Positions 57,919 to 64,000 of a stretch of 64,000 bases of DNA are shown one piece after another. The stretch lies in the NCBI RefSeq assembly GCF_963853765.1, contig NC_088859.1, positions 13,578,001 to 13,642,000 of the forward strand. Reading direction: 5' to 3'. The notes below the pieces were generated by a model that worked only from the letters and a program-made list of their open reading frames with translations, did not search any database and had not been told where the DNA came from. A program made the position numbers and the translations under genes. Every line of letters starts with the position of its first letter. Positions within the stretch are counted from its first letter, which is position 1. Source of the DNA: Magallana gigas. Lineage: Eukaryota.

Positions 57919-58624
57919 TGTGTATATATTTATATTCATTAGCTTTGAAACACTTTTAAAATGGTGTTTAGTTTCATAAATCTATGCAATATTTGATACA
58001 TCATATACATGACTGTATATTTTGTTATATTTTTCAGATTTTATTTTTGAAATTTATTGCTCAGGTTGTGCACATAAAGGAATGTTTAAATATTTTAGGC
58101 TCATTTTTGTGTACACATAGATTAATATATGTTTAAACCAAATAGAAAATGCTCCATTTGATTTTTTCATATGTTGTACAGGTCATTTCATTAATATATC
58201 ACAAAATGATGTTATATGATGAAAAATTAAAAAAATATGTACAGTACATATTGAATTACGGTATATTTTGCATTTTTAATTAATACAAGTATTTTATCCA
58301 AGTGATTTTTTGTTCATTCAATACAATATATGCAGTTTTGCATAATAAGGAGTTGCTAAATGAAGATATATCAGTAGATCTATTAACATACATTGTATTA
58401 TAAAGAGTATTCGTGGACTGGGAAAGGTTTTGTACTAAAGAGTCTGTTATTGGGCAGTTTCAGGAAATTGACAATCATTATAACATATCTTTTCTTTTAA
58501 CTTTAAACATAATTCTTGAACAACTCCTGACAATAAGAAATTATTTCTTAAGGTTTTTGCTACGATCAGCAATATTACCCATAAATCTCTTGCTGAATTT
58601 TTTGACACAGAAATATATATGACG

Positions 58625-59514
58625 TCACTGAATGTCGTAATTTAACTCCAGCACGCTTATCAAGCTCCTGTCCTGGGAGGCGCTCTCGATGAATTCTTGG
58701 AGGGAGATTTTTTCGTCATGGTTTTTATCCATCTCCCGGAAGACCTCGTGTATTTTCTGTTGCACGGCTTGTTCGCTTTCGTTTTGCGTCATAATTCCAG
58801 CAATTTTGTGAATAGCCTTTAAAATAAGGAAATTGTATAATATTTACTGATTATAAAAATTGAACTTTATTTGATATAGTATTTGTGGAAAGAATTTTGC
58901 AATTATGACTGTTAAAAAAACCAATTATTTATACACGACTAGTATTTAAAAGTTATTTTATAACATTTAAATAGAGTACTGAACAAGATAATTATTCTGG
59001 AATTTAAAAGTAACTGGTCACAATATTTTTAAAGTTGCAATCTTTTCAAGCATTTGTCATATACTGTCATCTAGGTAACTTTAGCGCTTGCTTGTTGTGA
59101 TGACATCTTCTCTAAAAGTTTGTCTAGGTCACTTACCGAAATGATATCCTTCATCTCGCCTTTAGAGATAAATCCATTTTTATCAATGTCATAGATGCTA
59201 AAAGCCCACTTGAGTTTCTGTACAGTGGTACCACGCAGGGTGGCGCTGAATCCGCAAATAAATTCCCGAAAATCGACATGTCCATCGTCATTCAAGTCGA
59301 AAGCTCGAAAAACGTGTCTGGCAAATTTCGAAGCGTCTCCTTTCGGGAAGAATCCCGCGTACATTTTTTCGAACTCTTCGACATTCATGTAGCCTTTGGG
59401 CCAGTCTGCTATAAAGTCTTTGTACCAATCCTGTATTTCTTTCTCCGTGAACTCTGTTTGTTTTCTTAGATCCGCCATTGTTTCTGGTTTCAGCGCACTG
59501 CTCTGAGAACCCAT
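58625..59514 (-). CDS. Neuronal calcium sensor family protein (neurocalcin/hippocalcin-like, 189 aa); exons 59514-59137 and 58816-58625
   Basis: MGSQSS myristoylation motif. EF loops [24 protein letters not shown] and [12 protein letters not shown]. Exon 2 (AIHKIAG...LELNYDIQ*) is not in the ORF track but joins in phase 0. Confidence 0.93.
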
Positions 59515-61655
59515 TCTGAATCGCTGTTGCAGTTGAAATAATTTATTTTTTACATTCAACGAATTTTATTTACGCTTACTTATTTCAATCAAAATTTGTT
59601 TGTACATATTTAATGACTCCACTGTGGTCCATACAAATGTCTTAATGCTTGACTTGTGTTCGGATTAAGTTCTTTGTGCTATGTTCAGAAAATGACCACT
59701 GCTAATAAAATGGTCATTCAATTTTCATACGTCAACAATTTTTGAATGTAAATATTGTTCTGATCCCAGGTATAAAGGGCTGTGACTAGAAAGCTCAAAA
59801 GACGAAAACACGTAATTAAAAAGGATAAAACCATACGTATATATGTATCTAAAAATATACATTTTATTTACATCTTCAAGTGGTAGAAAATATGTTTAAC
59901 TGTAGTACAAGGTTGATCCGGGGATTATGATTGACAAGTACTGTAGTACATGAATATAACGAATATTGATTCTTCCGTGACCCCGCTACACCGAACACGA
60001 GATCCCGCTATACCGGACACGTGTCCCATGGTTTACGACTGTGCGATCGAAAATTAAGTCTCGTTGCTAACTCGAAAAACGAACGGTGTCGAACTGTTAG
60101 TGTATGTTAACACGAACAGTTCCAGCGATGGATTAATATCTTCGTTAAGTCACGAGAACCACACATAAAAAAAATCGCTTTTATCTTTATGACAGATGTG
60201 AATTATTTCTTGCAATTTGGTGCTAAACAACGAAATCGCGAAATTAAATGTTCGCGTTATATCAGAAATTTGCAGAACAGATTGAATGAATGGTTGGTTA
60301 ATTTATTGAATGATACAACGATAAGTCGTTGCCACTGCGGCGAAACCAATGCCAACTTCTCGGGCGCCGTTTTTTTTTATCGAGCTCCGTCGAAAAAGCC
60401 TAAAGTTGCGACTAGAATGGTCATTAATGGATAAATTCACAAAATCAATCATTCAAAACTGTGTTGGTAACCTTTGTAAAGTTAACATTTATAGATTAAA
60501 ATTGTTAGTTCTTGCTGCTAAGTGTCGCGGGGTCTTGTGAATAAATGACACTGGGTACCTGGTATTGATTTCAGTTACACTGGTCTGTTTTGTTATTTTG
60601 AGGATGATATTTTAAAACAAATAAAACCTATAAGTTTAAACACACTCAAACTCAAAAAACAGTTACCCAATTCATACGCAAAATTCACGTTAGTTTAGAA
60701 CATCTGAATAAAATGAATTAAAAGTGATTTACAATTATAACTATATATAGAGATCAATTACAATGTAAACGGAAGCTTACCAGGTATCCAGAAATATTGG
60801 TTAACAAAATAAGTGTATATTTTTGAATACGTAAAGTGGTATAGGTAAAATGCATACATGTGTAGTATTTACCATGAAGGTAAAATTAAGTCGTGGGGTT
60901 CGGAAATTGGCGGGATTTTCGCTATTTATAGTGAATTAGTAAATCATGGATATTAAATAATGAATTCAGTCGTAAATGTCTGTTTGTCGGCTTTAGTATA
61001 GGAAGAAACAGTAAACACGTAGTCAACACACCCGTTAACAACATTGTCACGTGACTAAACATATTCACTCATTCACCATTTATACACCCTCGATTGGCAA
61101 GGCGCGCCAAGTCCCAAGTCAAGACATTAATAAATACTTTTTTACACATATGTACATGAATATATGGAAATACTAGATTTAAAATGTCTTTGACCATGCA
61201 GATTAAAAGTCAAGGTCATTATATTTTATGTTAATACCCAATTTAGTCAGTGTATCATATATCAAAATCTTCGAATAGCAAGTTGGGGATGGGGTAAATA
61301 CGAATTGATTGGGAAAAATTCTTAATTTTGCGAAAAGACATTGTGGCGAAAAAGCTAAGTACGAACAGGTCTTGGTTTCTTCAACTGTTTACTTTTTCTT
61401 TCAGTAGTTTCTATTGTATTCTTTGTAAATCATCAGTACTCAGTAAAGTAACCACTGATTGCACTATAACTCGATGTAAACTATAATTAGCTTACCGGTA
61501 TCTTATCAATTTTGTTTCACGAGTTGTGAGATTATGACCACCAATTCTTAACTAAAGTTAATTAATTAAGAATTATAAAGTATAGTTTACAGATGTGAAT
61601 CTACACTATAGTCTATCCCAAGTTAATGCTTACATCACTTTTTTATGATTTTTTT

Positions 61656-62000
61656 ATAAAAATACTTATACCTGTGAAAGAAATACAGTTGAAATCGATG
61701 AAAGGGAAAATATCCAAGATATCCTCATTGAACAATTATCATTTTTTACTCATAAAAGTTCACAGGATCGAAAATAAGTTTCTTGCGGAGATTTATAATG
61801 GGAAATGTTTACATCTTTTCTCCATTCGGAAGTACTCGGGATACCTCGCGCAATTTTTTAACGTTATCATTCGGGCTTATTAATGGCTTATACAATGCAA
61901 AATCTTTCTATTTTTGGATGTGTATTGAAACCTGAAGCAGTAGAGGGGGCGTTTCAAAACAGATGATCTGGACATTTTTCATATTAGTGGATGAACGTAG
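61656..62000 (+). repeat. Dispersed DNA-transposon-like repeat, copy B (copy A at ~34603-34950)
   Basis: Same shared blocks as copy A. Confidence 0.7.
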
Positions 62001-62391
62001 TTAGAGCACAAAGGTATTCATGATTATCGAAATATCAAGCAAAAAGTGGTGGAAGCAAAAACTCTGGACAGAGTATAGTATTTATCAGCAAAATTGTTGA
62101 TATTTAATTACAGACAAATAAATCTAAATCATCAATCGTAAAACTATAGTTTAAAACTGCTTTGTAAACTCGATAAACATTGTATGTTAAGCTCTGTTTT
62201 TGTGAAATGCCAGGTCATATCAGCTTCTTTGTAAATGCTTAGCTCAATAAAAGCGGACTACCAAAGATAACATTTTAACGTGCAGGCAAATACCATGATA
62301 TTATAAAAGTGCATCATATTATGCTACTCAAATGGTTCGAGTATGATGCACCCTACTTTCAATTGATATTGATTTGTCAATTTGAGTTAAA

Positions 62392-64000
62392 ATGGCTACC
62401 GCTGGAAACAAATCTCTTACCACCAATTCGCCAGGTGACACCTTCCGCTGTCCAGTATGTCTGGAAGAGGTCAGGAATCCAAAGTACCTGTCGTGTCTTC
62501 ATACTTTTTGTGAATCGTGTATTCAAACATATATATCGAGTACTGCAACATGTAATGACACATTGAATACAAAGACGATTAATTGTCCGGTATGTCGAAA
62601 ACGCATTTATGCTCCTAGGAAGGAAATTTCAGATGAAGAATGGGCAACTTCCTTGCCAGAAAATAATCTTATTGTAAGCATGTGGCTGAATACAAAAGAC
62701 ACCGACAAGCAATTGTGCAAGTTCTGCGAACGAAAAGAAAAATATGTTCCTGCTAAATATTGGTGTAAACCATGCATGGCAATCATCTGCGACGAATGTA
62801 AGGCTTTGCAAGAATTTGTACCAATTCTTAAAAACCATAAGATTGTTAACATAGATGATACTATTGAAGATTGTGGAAAAAAGGTTAAGATTGAAGAGCT
62901 GTGTCCAGAACGCGAAGGAAAGACGATTGATGCATTTTGCCAAATACATCAGAAATTATATTGTTGTATTTGCCTTGCTAAACATCACAGATCGTGTCAG
63001 CTGGTAGAAATTTTAGCAGACATGGCAGTGGAAACAGGACAAACCGATGTTCAAAATATTTTAGCATAATTTTCTGACTTGCAGAAATGTATTGAGAATA
63101 TGCAGCTGGAAAATCAGACCAAATTTGCCCTTCTCAATTCAAAGAAACAAGAAATTTGCGTTAGCACTGAAAATGCCATTCAAGAGATGAAGTAATTTGA
63201 TTGTCAATGCATTTGCGGCATGGATCAAACGATTTGAACAGACTCATGTAGATTCTGTCGTAAACTTAGAAGTTGCATGTAATGAATTATAACAGCTTCC
63301 GACCACAGTACTTGAAACCAAATTTCTTTTGCAATTATTGCTAGAGAAAGGATCCCCTAAACAACTAATTATCACAAAACAAAATCAACTGGCGCGAATT
63401 TTTGACCATATTTCTCGTTTGAAACATCAGGATATTTGGAATTTTCCTGATGTGAACACACAGCCAGACACTAATTTCCAGAAACAACTTTTGAACCAGG
63501 AGAAGTTTGAAGATGTAAAGTTTTCAAAAACTCCCTCTGAAATGGTTGAGACTCTTCTACAATCTGTCTCGAAAGCTACCTGCAGCAATTTCTTGAGAAG
63601 GAAACATGAAACGTCTGTGAAGGACTGGATTGAAGTCACCTTCAAATTAGTATCCCAGATAACCAATTAGCCAGAGAGGTCTTATTATGGTTTGTTCGTT
63701 CATGACACAAGCATCATTTTGAGCTTTATGAAACACCCTTCACTCAAGATTTTCGATATTAGCGAACCTGTCGGGAAATGTATTCACACTAAAAAATGCC
63801 CGAGCTTACCGTACGGTATGTGCCACTCCAGGGTGAACGAGAGCTTGAATGAGGTCTACGTGTCTTTCTAAAACTTTGTCATCCTGTATTTGATTGATAT
63901 TGGAGACAAAGTTACATTTACAAAACTCCAAAAAAAATTCTTTGAAACAACCCATGCAGGCAATTTCATGTGGACTGACGACCGTATTCGCAGCAAATGA
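62392..64000 (+). pseudogene. RING/B-box/B-box/coiled-coil TRIM-like pseudogene, truncated by the window end
   Basis: C3HC4 RING CPVC...CLHTFCESC...CPVCR and two B-boxes. In-frame stops at 63067-63069 and 63193-63195, then a frame change (ORF 63329-63670) and further stops. Confidence 0.85.

Overview
AT-rich eukaryotic genomic DNA with introns. It is probably from an oyster-like bivalve, inferred only from the repeat types and the intronless TRIM paralogues. Host genes: a B-box/B-box/coiled-coil/NHL TRIM-like pseudogene (minus, 7101..303); a plus-strand locus with two short disordered orphan ORFs (17849-18412 and 20465-22054); a candidate 3-exon orphan gene (25413-26103); a 5-exon SDR dehydrogenase (29526-32922); 19-exon lysosomal alpha-glucosidase GAA (minus, 50165..41512), head-to-head with 7-exon POFUT1 (52481-57736); a 2-exon neuronal calcium sensor (minus, 59514..58625); and a RING/B-box TRIM pseudogene running to the window end. 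Mobile DNA: a complete 5048-bp tyrosine-recombinase (DIRS-order) retrotransposon with split direct repeats (1803-6850), inserted without a target-site duplication (TSD) into the first TRIM; a CR1/L2-group LINE with an 11-bp TSD and a 2A-like peptide (35430-39113); and several MITEs, a pogo derivative, a Helentron/pearl-type element and long-hairpin elements. Best leads: (1) inside the DIRS element, an array of 28-bp hairpin repeats with unique AT-rich spacers lies in what looks like an intron of a spliced Gag-microexon-recombinase mRNA, and each repeat copies the splice donor; (2) an orphan Cys-rich, YxN-rich, PDZ-motif protein resembles a LAT-type adaptor and may share a transcript with a second protein whose ATG sits inside a 5' splice site. 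All splice models were read by eye and no database searches were run.
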